From Bugula neritina (Eukaryota; Animalia; Bryozoa), in contig OZ037765.1 in assembly GCA_964035545.1 (NCBI GenBank), positions 14,518,698 to 14,582,697 on the forward strand: a stretch of DNA of 64,000 nt. The letters are read 5' to 3'. Position 1 is the first letter of the stretch; each line of letters starts with the position of its first letter. Below, one piece after another: positions 10,630 through 24,682 of the stretch. The translations under genes were made by a program, and so were the position numbers. The notes under the pieces were generated by a model. That model saw only the letters and a program-made list of their open reading frames with translations, was not told the DNA's origin and made no database searches.

Positions 10630-11960
10630 GTGCTTTTTATAGACACTCCTTAAATTGACAGTGCATTGCATTTGAGAGTTCTGACATCGACACCTTACAG
10701 GTCCTGCAGGCCCGAGCAGTATATGCTCTTCAACACATGTTCAGGCGCTTGAGTCATCCACTTTATATTTATGCTGCCATTATCAATAATCCACCCAAGA
10801 TGTTCTGGGGGTGGTGCATCAATATAGGCTGCTGTCCACCCTTTTCCAAATAGCTGCCTGATAATTTCCTCTTTTTATGTGCAAATTTACTTCATATTTT
10901 GTTGGAGGCAAACCGTATTGAGTTATTTTAGATGGTGAGCAAAATACAGTTTATCAGATATCATTTGCTCCGTAAAGTTTACAGGCAAATTGTTCTACTT
11001 GAGCAGCTGTAATGGCTGTTAGCTTGAAATACTTCCCAAGCTGTTTAAAGCTTTCCATGCATTCTGGATATTTTTTAAAAGAGAGTAGGCTGTGCATTTT
11101 CCTTTTCCATAAAAAGCACTACTAGTCAAGTCACAGCATGTTAAAGCAAGACATCCAGGAAGTTCTGTTTATTTGCTACAACGTTGACATCCAAATACAT
11201 CATATGATTGCAGTTCAGATAGACACTTTCCACTTGGACGCTTCCCAGCTAGACGCTATTTTTTTGGTACTGTATATAGTAATATAAGTAACTCTATATA
11301 CCTATATATAACAGCTGTATTTATTGCTAAATATCTAATATGCTAATAGCTATAATAGTTAACATGAACTATCTGGAATATTATTACAATCAGTAATACA
11401 TTAATAATAGACATTATCTTGAACAAATGCTTACTAACGAAATATCTTTTCAAGCAACAAGAAGTACAAAATATGCAAAATTAATAAGTTAATGCAGATC
11501 AAAGGAATTTATTTATGTGCTTAATAACAAGCAATTGATATTTATTTAATTATAAATATATTTCAATAATATTCAACTAAATCGCACATAAAGTATATAT
11601 TGTACCAAAATAAATTAATAGCTTCTAACTGAGAAACTTTCATGTAGAATGGCACCATGATTACCACGACCTGTGAACAAATATATTGATTTTCAAAACA
11701 TCAATACTTACTGTAAGATGAAAATATCAGTGTCTTGAGATTTGATTATCACAATTGGGCTTATGTTGTTCATAAGATATTTTGCATGTAACAGTATATT
11801 CGTGTATATCTGCTTCCTTGGGATCTGATTGTAAGCATTTGAGAGTTTTTAGCAATTCTGTTTGGAAAATTCTAGCTGATTGCAGTTTTTCTTGAAAGCA
11901 CTTGCTATAACAACATCTTTCTCTAAGGTCTGTTTACTCCACGTTTTTCACACAAAAACG
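10630..11960 (-). mobile_element. Decayed AcademX-like transposase remnant (XPG/FEN1-like nuclease + Cys-rich tail)
   Basis: Manual minus-strand translation: KEAD..ILLHAK..IIKSQDTDIFIL; LPGCLALTCCDLTSSAFYGKGK; LPPT..LHIKRGNYQAAIWKR; PPPEHLGW..KWMTQAP..C..CRC..CT; many stops and frameshifts. Confidence 0.7.
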
Positions 11961-12580
11961 GCACCAGTCTCAAACACAGCTTATTTTTTGCTAATGACAA
12001 ATTATTATTTTTGTAACAAATGGCACACATAAAAAGCACTAGTGTATTTTTTCCGAATATGGCACCCCAAAATCATTTTCTAACGGCTTAAACATAATCA
12101 TATATATTTTAAATTATAGCAACGCTTTAAGGTATTTCTTCTGCAACTGTAACTGAGCTAAATTAATTTTGACTCTAAAGTCCTTATTAAAATAGTATAC
12201 AAATATGCATTTTAACCAATAGCATATTGTTTAAAAAACCAAAGTGCTTATGTATATATAGGTCAACTTAAATTTATTGGTAAAGCTCAATCATACAAAT
12301 TAAAAATATTACCCTCCATGCAGGGTCCATACCAACTTGCTCATGCTTCTCATTACTTTTTTTGTAAAAGCAGTTATGATACTTAAAATCGTAAAGAAAA
12401 TCATTATCAGACATAGATTTACTTATAATTTGGCTTTTTTATAGCTGATCAATAATAATGTTAGCCTTAACTAAAAATGCCATTCTTTTGCTTGTTTTTG
12501 TTCAAGTGGTCCAATTTTTTCAGATGTTTTCACAAGACAATAACTCAGGGAAGTGAAAAACACTGTTTTTGCATGTATAT

Positions 12581-12992
12581 TGTAAGGGTTTTTAATAATG
12601 CATTAGTTATATTGTAAGGGTTTTTAGTAGTGCATTAGTTATATCGAAAGGATACTTCTCACTCAGACAGTTACATGATGCAGGTAGCATCATGCCATCA
12701 GGATGGCACCACCGTGTTGGCCAATGAAACATGACTAACAATTAATTAGTAGGCGGAGCTACAAATGCGTAGTGGAAGCTAGTTAGGCAGCGTAGCCGGC
12801 AGAGAGGACTTGATAATGCTAGTGTAAAGTTGTGTACTGTTAGCTCTCTATTATGTAATAGTTTGTGTTAGTTGTTGTACATTTTATTAGTGTGTTATTA
12901 GCAGTAAATAAGCTCTTATTAATTAGCAAACCTGGTGAAGTGGCTTTCAATAAATGAACCCATTGATTGCAGCGAAGCATAAATTCACAACA
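12581..12992 (+). mobile_element. Solo LTR (412 bp) with duplicated 32-bp 5' end
   Basis: TG...CA flanked by ATAT (12577-12580, 12993-12996); CCAAT and GC-box-like motifs; AATAAA near 12949. Confidence 0.75.
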
Positions 12993-14137
12993 ATATATTG
13001 CAATAAACTACTTTTATTAATTTTAAGGTTATACATAACAGATTTGGACAAAATTGTGGGAAAACAACCCCGCGAAAGTTTGAAGAGCTTTTGTGGCTAA
13101 CTGGATAGACAGAAAAATTTAAAGTTTGTATAACAGAAAAGTGAGAAAATCATCTATAATTATTGGTAAAATTTTTTGCATATAAAAATTAAACTAGGTA
13201 GCTTTAATAATTCCACAATATTTAACTGACACACACAAATTTTAAGAACAACTCTACACTAAAGTTTTAAAAGTTTGAAGCTCTTTTGTGGCTAACTGGG
13301 TGCACAGAACAGTCTAGAATTTTTAAAGATTTATTAGCACCCTTAAAACTCTCTATTTCAAAAAAACATATTGTGCGGTCACCCGTTGGAGTGGAATGAG
13401 TGAAAGATAATTGAAAGTTACTTTTAGACTACAAGTTTTTACTTTCAGTTTCAACCAACATTAATTTTAACAGCAATGGACATGCTAGAATTAATCTCGG
13501 TGATGATTGGTTTAACTACAATAGCACACTATCAGTATAACATACAGAGTAATGTATATTTATAGATCCATATAAAATAATTCTTATATAAAAAAACAAA
13601 CATTTTATTTTCCTGATTATAGCAAATGTGGCATAAATGCAACAGGCAATTTGACAATTTAATAGGCAATAATTGAAACCCATTATATAAAAGTAAGTAC
13701 GTTTATATTCCATAAACAGCAAGAGGCAAGAAAAAACCGGATTATTCATAAGCTTAAAAGGTATGTGTAAATCTAATTAGAAATAGATATAAACATATAT
13801 AAACATATATGTAAAAAAAACTACACCGTTTGCTTAGTTGTATAAAGAAGGGATGAAAGCTTTAAAGTTTACAAATATAGGTGTCTAGTCTAATTAATAT
13901 TGCATCAAAATTTAGGGCATAAAATCTGAACATCGATCACTATCTGTCTTAAAAATTTGACAAATAAGAAAGACTGACTAGTTCAATAAAGATGTAAAGA
14001 CATCACACCAAAAGAAAAAACATTTGTAAAAGCTGTTGATACAAAGCCACCGTTGCATCATGCTTGCAGGTTGAACATGTAAACTAAAAGTACAATAGGA
14101 AGACAATTGGCAACAGCAGTCTGCCTATTCAATGCAC

Positions 14138-17100
14138 TTATAGCATACGCAGTTGACTGCATATAGACTCAAAGGTAGGTCTTCTAAGAGGCTCAGTTTG
14201 CCAGCATTTTGTCATCAAGCTATAAAGATCTGGAGACAACATGGGAAGCTTTGGCAATCTTGAGTTAGGAGCAGACGACTCCAACACATCTATCAAGCTA
14301 CCAATATCCATGTTGCCATCAGCTACAAGCAAGTATTTTTATCATAAGTCCAGGATAAACGAATTTAAACTAAAACATCTTGAATGAACATCTACAAACA
14401 CTACATTTCATGTGTCTTTTTGACTAATATAAAATTATTATTAGTGTTGAAGAAATTAGCCACCAATTTTGTAAAATTCTAAATATCTTTAAAATTTTTA
14501 AAACGTATTCTTATTTAAAATTGCAAATGTTAAAATACGCATTTCTAAAGACTTGGTGTATACAATCCCAGGTTGATAAGGCAAGCATATTTCAATGCTA
14601 TTTAAAACCAAAATGTAGTTGATGTTTAAGAATATAGAAAAAAGGAAAACCTTTTGTTTTCAGTTGATTAGAAGAAATGTAAGGCCTTTTTCCACCAGAA
14701 TACATTTCCCAGAGTACCACAGCATAGCTCCAAACATCTGATGCTTTTGTGAACTTCCTGGAGCTCAGACTCTCAGGTGCACACCTACAATGTGCAACGT
14801 TGTGGTAACAATGTACAATGTTGTGGTAGTAATGTACAATGTTCTGCTAGTAATGTACAACGTTGTGGTAGTAATGTAACGCCTACAATGTAGAGTGTTG
14901 TGGTAGTAATTAAACAACTGGGTAAGTGAGTGTATATTTAAAATGCAACTTGCAATATTAAGAAGCTGACAATTGTTCACACAAGCTTTATGTCAATTTT
15001 AAAATTTTGTAGCTGCCATAACTTCTTCTTGTACAATGATTAAGTTTTTGAAGACTTTCAAAACTTCAAGATTGATGTTTGATAGCGTTTATATCAAAAT
15101 AAAGAAATGTTAACCCAACTCGAATTGGAATGGTATTACACTAAGATACTCCAACACAACACATAGGCATATACAATTTCATTGCACATCTGCGTAAGAA
15201 AATCATTGAAAATTAAATTAAAAAAACATAGATAAAATATTCAAATCTGACATAGACACCATTCAACGGATACAACTTCATATTTTAAGTAAAAGCTGAA
15301 CAAAAACTTTATAATGAAATTTACAATTACTGTGTTCCAACATAAAACTCAAATGAGCAAAGCTCCTATTTGACTACATAAACAACTCACCATAGCCAAG
15401 GAAGTTGAGAGTTTTCCTTACAACGATAATACTCTTCATCTCCCAGTATTCTAGCAAGACCAAAGTCTGTTATTTTGGCTACGTGTGGCTGATCTGTGAC
15501 GAGGACATTTCTGGCAGCCAAGTCTCGATGAATGATGGCATCATTAAGTGAATGAAGAAAAAGCATACCCTGCAAAATCATATAAAGTGAGTTTATAATA
15601 CTGCATGCAGGCAAATGATTAAGAAGGCAAAGAGTTAGCACATGATTGGGAACCTCACCTCCGCAATGTCCAAACAAAACTTCTTGTACAATTGCTGCTT
15701 TTCATCCAAACCAAGCCTCGAACCTCCATTTTTCACAAATATTGACAAACTACCACATCCGATATACTCCATAACTATCAAAAAGCTTTCTTTTCCATCT
15801 GTCAAGACATAAATATCTAGTATTATAGTTGCATATTCATAGTATGATTAAAGATTACTAAAAATAAACTAGTAAAAACTTCAACATGTATTGCAACACT
15901 ACTTTGTGATTTTTCTACAGTAACAAATTTTAATTTTTTCAATTTGAAAGCAAAAGGTTAATCATAAGGTGTTTTGAAAGAATAAAACATTAAAACTGGA
16001 GCTTCATATGCAATAAAAGCAATATGAATATCAATATCAATTTACATTACATGTTCATAGTTAATTTTCTGAACAAAGTAGATGACTAATACTATAACAT
16101 TTGATTGACACATCATAATAGGACATAGTAAAATTTCTTGCTAGTAAACTGCTGTTATGATGATTAATTAATTGAAAGTCACTATCTGCTGCTCAAAAGC
16201 ATTCAACTACAATTTAACCACATGGTGAAGACTAGGCACGGAACTGCAATGTGCTAGCAAACACAGGTTAGAAAAGATTATAATAAATAACTAGGCTGAA
16301 GCAGAAAACTAACTGCTGTAAGTGTAGAAACATTCTCCAAAGACTTGCACAATATTTTTGTGCGTTAAAGAGACCATCAGTTTTAGTTCTCTTTCAAACT
16401 CTTTCAATCTCAGTTCCTTTTCATGGGTATGGTCATCTTGTTCGTTGTTTTTCAACATCTTGACAGCACATCTAATTGTTGGCTTACCATTTCTTTGGCG
16501 TAGCTTACACTTATACACCTCTCCATAAAATCCCTATAATGCACATGATCAAATTTAAAACATTTGCAGAATTAGTTGCTGATTTGTAAAAGTACTGTGC
16601 CAGAGTCACATGTATTTCAATTTGAGTCTTGGTGTCAAAACTTAAAACAAGTGGAAAACACATTGCATTGCACAGAGTAAAAATAAAATAATCGTAAAAA
16701 TTACAATTGAATTGATACAACTTTATTTTTTAATTTTGATTTCCAGAATGAGAAATGTAAATAAAATTTAAATTTTTTGTAATTTTCAGTATAACAGTAA
16801 TCACAAATTAGCAAATTTATATTGCTTACATTACTGCTGCAATTGGTAGACTGTAACAATTTTAATTTCTGAGGATCACATTACATTATATAAAATAATA
16901 GGCAGAAAAAAATATCTAAACAAACAATAATTCATCAACAAAAAATGGGTTACATTTGAAATATTTGACTTCAATGCATCGATAACAGAAATGCATTTTA
17001 GTGATTTGCAAGTTTAGGATAAGTTTTACCCGTTGAATAAAATTTTTTTTTAGGAGCAGCTGTTGCCTATAACTACCATTGCAGTGAAAAGAACTAAATC

Positions 17101-20100
17101 TAATATTACAAATAAGATTATCACATTTTATTCTACAATGATTCAAATCCAACAAGAACTGTGACATACACATTTTTCTGTTATCATTTTATCCACAGCA
17201 CAGACATGCCTACCCATATAATGATAAACAGCTACATACTGCATGAAGTACTCAAAATACAGAAACTTGAAACATAATGAATATTCAATAGGTTTCTAGC
17301 AAGAAAGTTTAAATGCTAAATGTTCCCTGCCCATTTCAGCAAAATATACGTTTAAATGAATTATACTTATTATATTACCATTTGTAAGATTTTGACTGTT
17401 TCATAAACTACCTTACAAAAAGTTGCAGCAGATTTAACTAATTCAACTGTGCATTCATTGTGTTTAGAAATATATACTAATTATTAAAACAATGATAGAT
17501 GATGTGCTTGTTTCAGAAGACTTTGAAATTCGAAAAAAAAGTTGCACGTGCACGACAGCCAGAAGCATAAGTTTTAGAATATGTGAGTGACGACTTATTA
17601 AATGTGCAGATAGTGTACTTGGCCCAGTTGATAAACATCTGTGCCTTCGAGGCCAATCAAATCGGCAGGATCTATGATATGGGGGCTAGTGGGAAGTGAG
17701 GGTAATGGTCTAGAGTGGACTAATGAAGGAAAGTGTGTAGTGGCTGGTACTAGTCTGTGATGATTGTCCTCACTGATGCCACTACCACCACTAGCTACTT
17801 CTGCAGCAGCCGCAGAGCCAGCCTGGTGGTGAGATAAGAGTTGTGGGACTGGTGCCACATGCTCATAAGCTATTTCAGTGACTACAATAAAAGTAAAATT
17901 CACTTTGCATTGCCTTCTATCACGATATACACTGTAGATAAATTACAGGTAAATGACATAGACCATCTCAACTTCCATAATCATATTACCAATAATTGTA
18001 GCTACCATAAAAAGCAGCAGTATTTGACTTAGTAGAATAAAATATGTTTTCTTATACTAGTAATGGAAGGTAGTTATATATACATATCAAGTAAGCACTT
18101 ACGCACCACACACGCATACAATCGCAGGCATACATATATATGTACACCAAATATCAATCAACAATTGCGGCTATCCTTAGTCAGACGCTTTGCATTTTTC
18201 ATTTCAAGTCTACTGTATTTAAACACTTACTACACCTAGCCACAATAACTCTATCACATGCTAATCATTGATTTTAAAAAAGTGGGCAACATTAGTTATT
18301 TATGATGTTATGGAATAATTAAGCTCCTTGGTTTATCACATATTACAAAATAAGGCAAATGATATTATGTATAGAATACTATAAAATATTTGCAATTAAT
18401 ATTATATATGGGTTATTTTACTTAATTTAGTACACACTGGATTTCTCCAGATTTTAGCTATTTTTTTACAATTTAGCTGCTGATGAACATTGGTTTTTGC
18501 ACAAAACTAATAAAATATCAACAAATACACCTAAATAATCAAGGTTCTTTTTAATTTTGCTTGATTTCCCATGTTTTCCCCTATTTATTTAGCTACTTTC
18601 GATTGTGAATCGTTAAGAAAAAACCATAACGGTCCACAATCGAAAGTAGCTAAATAAATAGGAAAAAACATGGGAAATCAAGCAAAATTAAAAAGAACCT
18701 TGATTATTTAGGTGTATTTATTATTATTTTATTAGTTTTGGGCAAAAACCAATGTTCATTAGCAGCTAAATTGTAAAAAATAGCTAAAAACTGGAGATTT
18801 CCAGCGTGTACTAAATTAAGTAAAATGACCAATAAGCATTTTATAACCTATGTATGCACTAGTAGCTATGATGTCGGTATATTACCATCCAGTATGGAGC
18901 AAAACAGAAACATGATGACAAGAATATGCTTACATTTACAGTTCAAAATAATAGTTTCCCTCAGAATGTCTTGAGGATTCATCCTCCCGCTAGGGTCTGC
19001 ACTGATGTTAGCAGTGATAAGTCTCTCATAAATGACATTGATCAAACTATTACATTTTTCTGCAGAGTTTGAAGTTGTTATGAATTTCTCAATAGATGAA
19101 GGCATTGCTATGCTCCTCTCATCTGACTCTATGAATATCTTCAGCTACATTATATGTTACTAGATTAGCATGCAGCCTGTGCAGTGTAAAACATCAAGTA
19201 TATCAACACACAAAATTTAGTCGTAAAGCTAGATAAAAGCCTATTTATGATGCAATAGTTAGATTAAAAAGAGCACAGCTAACAAGATAATCTTGAAAAG
19301 CAAGTTTGTGAGGTTTGCAATGATACAGAGATGGCAGGTTAAATATTCATTCTTACAGATAACTAATGGGCAACATTCATATTGCATGACACAATAAAAT
19401 AATGATGTAAAGGTTTTTTTTTAAATTGCAAACAAATCATAATGATTGTGCAACTATGGTGCATAAGCAAAGACAATGGTAAACAAACAATAATCAAATG
19501 TAACTTGTCTAACAGCTTTATAGCAATATTATTTTACTTTTGATATTTTAGTATTGAAATTGATTATCTGAGCATTTACTGTGTCATAGCAGCTGTTTTA
19601 ATGACTCTAATAGATATTGTCACAAATTCTACTTTATAAACTATTACAATATATATCATACTCTTTTGTTATTTAGCCCAGAGATGATCTACATCAGAGT
19701 GGCGACTTTAGGGAACCATAGGGACATCATTATGCCGCTTTCTGTGCCGGGAGTTTATATGTCATAAAGGGAAACTTTTTGCCATTTTTGATATTTTATT
19801 AATTTTTATATTTTATGTGTACATTTTTTTAGTTTTGTTTATTGGTGAAGTTTTTAAACACATTTTTTACGCATATAATATTAAAAAAAAATTTAAACCC
19901 TCTCATGCACGTAAATACAAAGCTATAAAGTTTAGGTTTTGCTGTGATTACAATGTGAATATGAATAGAATAATGCTTGCAATATCAATTTTTCCCCAAA
20001 ATACATTACAATTACTATAAATGTAAGACTAGTTAATTGGATGCAAATAGGCATAGTAATACTACTTAATTTATACTATTTTTAGTAAATATTAGCATGC

Positions 20101-22019
20101 GCACAGTGATTGTGGCCCACTCACTCTGAAAACATTAGAAAATAGTAGTAATAAAGAAATCGAAAAAAGTTGTGTTCAAGATTAGAATTGCAACAACAAT
20201 CCTCATTTTCATTTTTAGAATCAATTTGCTATAGCATTTGTATCAATTTACTATTACCATTTAGTTTTATTTTAAATTTAACTTCCACTAAACTCCAGTA
20301 TATTATTGGGAAAAGTGAACTATTAGATGTATTACTCAGAAATTAATCAAAAAGACTGGTAATGTGATTACTGTAAAAATGAATTTGATAATTCTTACAT
20401 AATTAGACTTGGTAACTGCACAATTTATTACATTAATTTATCAGCTATCACTAATAATTATGCATCTGTAGCTTAATATATGGACAATATAAAGCCCAAA
20501 GTTATTCAATTTAATTATTATAAATTTGTCAGAAACTATCATCATTATTTGAATCATTTTTAAAAAGGTTGATCTAAGACTGAGTTCACACCTTTTTAAT
20601 CATACAAACAATTATTAAATAATTCATTGAGTGCTTTAAATATTTTTTTATTTTCGAAAATTTTTTTCAATGGTCTTGAACTTGTTCATTAAGTTAAAAC
20701 GTATAAAACACTATAAATTAAGCTCATGAATTACAGCCATGTTTAGTGCCAGTAAGATGCAAAGAATAAAAATGTGTCCAAGTTGAAAAGTTCTGCAATT
20801 AAATCAGGTTTCTGTTGATAATTAAATATAATTTGTTTAATTAGGCAATTTATTTATAATTGTCATCATAAATCTTTTGTGAAAGCATGTAATAAAGGTT
20901 CAAAAACTGGGTGAATTCGCCACTCTCATATAGATGATCTCTGATTTAGCCTACACTTATAATTAGTATGGCACACAAGTCTATTACAATCTATTATTGC
21001 AAAATACGTGTTTACATACTTATTCATTCTTTATTGTGCTAATGAATAGTGTCCTTTTTAAACTAATCATGCACAGTGTGAAACTTGATGGTATTTTCTA
21101 GACTTGTTAGTTTAATATAAAGGCAGATGCTTTACTTATAAGGTTCAGTTCAACAAGAAAGTTTTTATAAACCACACAGCTCAACAAAGACCATCATATT
21201 ACTACAGCACATCTCATCTCTAATTCTGGTAGAGAAAGACATCTCGATATTTTTAGACACCAGATATTTCTAATTGAACAGTCACCCTGCACACAAACTT
21301 TCTGACAAATATGTTTTATATTATTTTAAGCCTTATTATCATTATTTTTGAATAATTCTTTCAAATTTTCTAGACGTCATTGTATCAAAATGCATGCAAT
21401 AGTTCACTTTTACAAATATAAAAGATATAACCTGTTCATAGGTAGAAACGCCTACAGAGCAGATAAAGGCATAAAAACTATGTTATTAGAGGATTAATCT
21501 CCACCTGATCTATTGAATGAATGAAGGCGAGTGGACGATCTCCGTAACTAAAGATCTCCCATACAGTCATACCAAACGAATAAACATCAGACTCTGTGGT
21601 TTCATTGGCAAGATTAGTCCATCTTTCTAAAGCTATCCATGGTAACCTAATAAACACATAATGACTAAAGTAGGATTCATGGTGGTGCGAACATTTAATA
21701 AATGGGTGTGAATAAAAGCTATTGAAACTATAAGTCACCGTTCTGTATTTGTGCGGTCAGTCAAAGGTAGAGACGCAGAGTGTGCAGCCATCATATCAGC
21801 AGTTAGCTTGACGTTAATCTCACCACGAGAGTTGAAAGAAGACACAAGGATGTTGCTACATCTAATGAGACCGTGGGTGCATGTTTGTGATTTCTAAAAT
21901 GTTCAAGACAAAACAATTTTCCTGAACAGTGTATGACATGCTGAGGCAATCAATTGTGAAATCTAACATGGGCAGATCATTGAAATTGTATTATTTATAT
22001 TATATGACATCGAGATTTG

Positions 22020-22081
<62 letters not shown>

Positions 22082-24614
22082 CTTAAATTACACTTTTCAC
22101 CAAGACATGCAACAGTTGTGTGACAAGGCACATTGTTCAACAAAAATTGATAGCTATAGCTGCTTAGTACTGCGATAAATGATTCTTTATACCAAAATTT
22201 CATTGTACCATCTTAGTTTTGTTATATATATATATGTCTTGGTGAAAAGTGTAATTTAAGCTAATAAGAAAACGTTAAAATTGAAAAGAATGTCCATATT
22301 TTTAACCAGAGCTTTAGCTATATTGCTTTCTTACCAAGTAGTCCAAGGCTTGTGCTATTTGTCCAGTCACTTGTATGCAATGATGGAGTTGAACAGAACT
22401 AGCAAACTTCCGTAACAAAACATCTAGTTTTCCCTCCATCATCCTCTGTGATATGACCAGGAATGGATAAAGACAAAATCCATAAACTCTCACGATATTG
22501 TCATGCTTCCACCTCATGGCCTTTTGTACATCTTGTTGCAGACACTAGGAACACCAACATCATACAACTCTTTACAACAGCTAATAACATTTAACATTGT
22601 GGATTTAACCTGGAAGAGTAGGCTACATGGAAAACAAGAACACAACCACATACATACCAGTGTCATAGCAGCATGGTTACCAATAGAAGGATTGACTTGT
22701 GTAACCAGAACTCTTTCCTTGCCATAAAACCCTTCCTTCAATTCAAGTATTGAAGAAATACCCTTACTTTCTACAAGGCAATAACTAAAAGTCACACATG
22801 ATTTAGTTATGATATTTACCATTAATTGGACTTTCCGACAATTGCTACATAAAAATGGAGATAGGCAAACACAGAGACATTAAAAATGTGGTGCATAATT
22901 TTTGGCAAACTAGCCTATGCATTCTAATACCACACACAGCAATATTCAGACTGTTTTAGAATGCTATTTACTTAATCCACCATAAACAGTGTTGCCCATT
23001 TGAAGGTCATTGTGACATAAGATAGCTGGACCATCTAGACTCTGCAAGTCAAGTGAAGCAGCAGCAGACGGCTCTGCCTTTGAGCTACTTCGCTCTCTAC
23101 ACAACATCAAGGGCAATTCCTCTATAAATAGTACAAGGTTATAGGATTATGAAGAGAAAGGTAGTAAATAATTTTATTGAATGTAAAGTTGCGTTTATAC
23201 CTTCACGATTTTCGGTCAAAATTTCAATTTGGCCGGGTTGAAATTTCTCCGAGTTGCATTGCATTGTAAAAACCACTCGTTGAAATTTTTGTACTGTGAT
23301 AACTTAATCGGCCAATTTTGGAATAGGAGTAATAACTCCTTGTAAACATCGTTATTTAGTTATTACTTTGGCGATTAGACAACGTACTTATACGGTTATA
23401 ATTATATAGCCTACGCTTTCTCAATTATCGCTTTTATACTTTCCGCTTCACTAATTCACGACATTTACAAAGGGCATCAAATAGCTATTATGCGAGTCAA
23501 ATTTCAATTTCAGAAAGTGAGCAACCGCATCAATATGATTTCAACGAGTTTAAGTTTGACTATAAAGGGGTACCCGGAAAAGCATTATTAACCTAAACTC
23601 GGTACTTTTTTCAGCAGAGGTATAAACGCAACTTTAGTGCATGGAATTTATTCACACACAATTTTCAAAATTTTTTCTAAAATATTCATGAGGTTTTTAT
23701 TTCAAATCTTATTTAAGAGACAGTTATAGCTATGCTTTACCTGTTTAAAGAAAGTATTATTATTGATTAGTTCCTTCTCCATTTAAAAACTTTTACCAGT
23801 TTATAGTAATTTATGATTTTTGGACAAATTGAAATAGTAGGTACAAAGGTAAAGTAGTTATCATAATATGTATTTACAACAGCTAGTGTGACATGTGCAG
23901 CAACACCTGGAAAAAACTACTTATCACAATAGCCAGATCTCCATACACAGGTTCTACTATAGTTTATGCCAGACGAGCCAATAATTGACAAAATAAAAAG
24001 TAAGTTATATCAGCTATGAAAGGTATCATAGCAAAGATTAAAGCAATATGTAAATTGTTAAGAAGCAGCCAAAGGCAAACATTGAGCAACTCACCTCTTG
24101 GGACTGGTGAAAGTTGATTGGTGAGTTTAAGATAACTACAGTCACCACTTCTGTAGTATTTGATTAATTCTTTCACGCTATTGAAATGTAATTCTCTGGG
24201 ATGAGATTGAAATATCTGTTTTAGCACCGATTCGTCACTACAAGATCAATTAGAATGATAAGGTATCAAAATGATGCTATGCAAAAAATAGGCACATTTC
24301 ACGCAATAAAACTCAATTAAATGGCAGTATCCGATAGCAGATGGTATATGTTGGTGTTAGTGTTCACTTCAAAAGGTTAGAGTTCTATAAAAAATATTTA
24401 AAAATAATAATTGTGGATATCATGGGATTGCATATAGAATAAAAGGTGCCCATTTTACAAGTAGGAAGCAGGTCCAGGTCAGCTACTTTATAAAAGACAA
24501 AATGAAGATAACTCTAGACTCAGCTACACTGACTTAATTGTACAAATCATTATGTTATATTATATAATCATTTACTGATACTTGTTTTATGCTATATAAT
24601 ATACATATATACAT

Positions 24615-24682
<68 letters not shown>

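Noticed and set aside
13030-13412. Two ~40-bp direct repeats and a weak terminal hairpin suggesting a Helitron/Helentron
   Set aside because: Termini and insertion site not convincing by eye.
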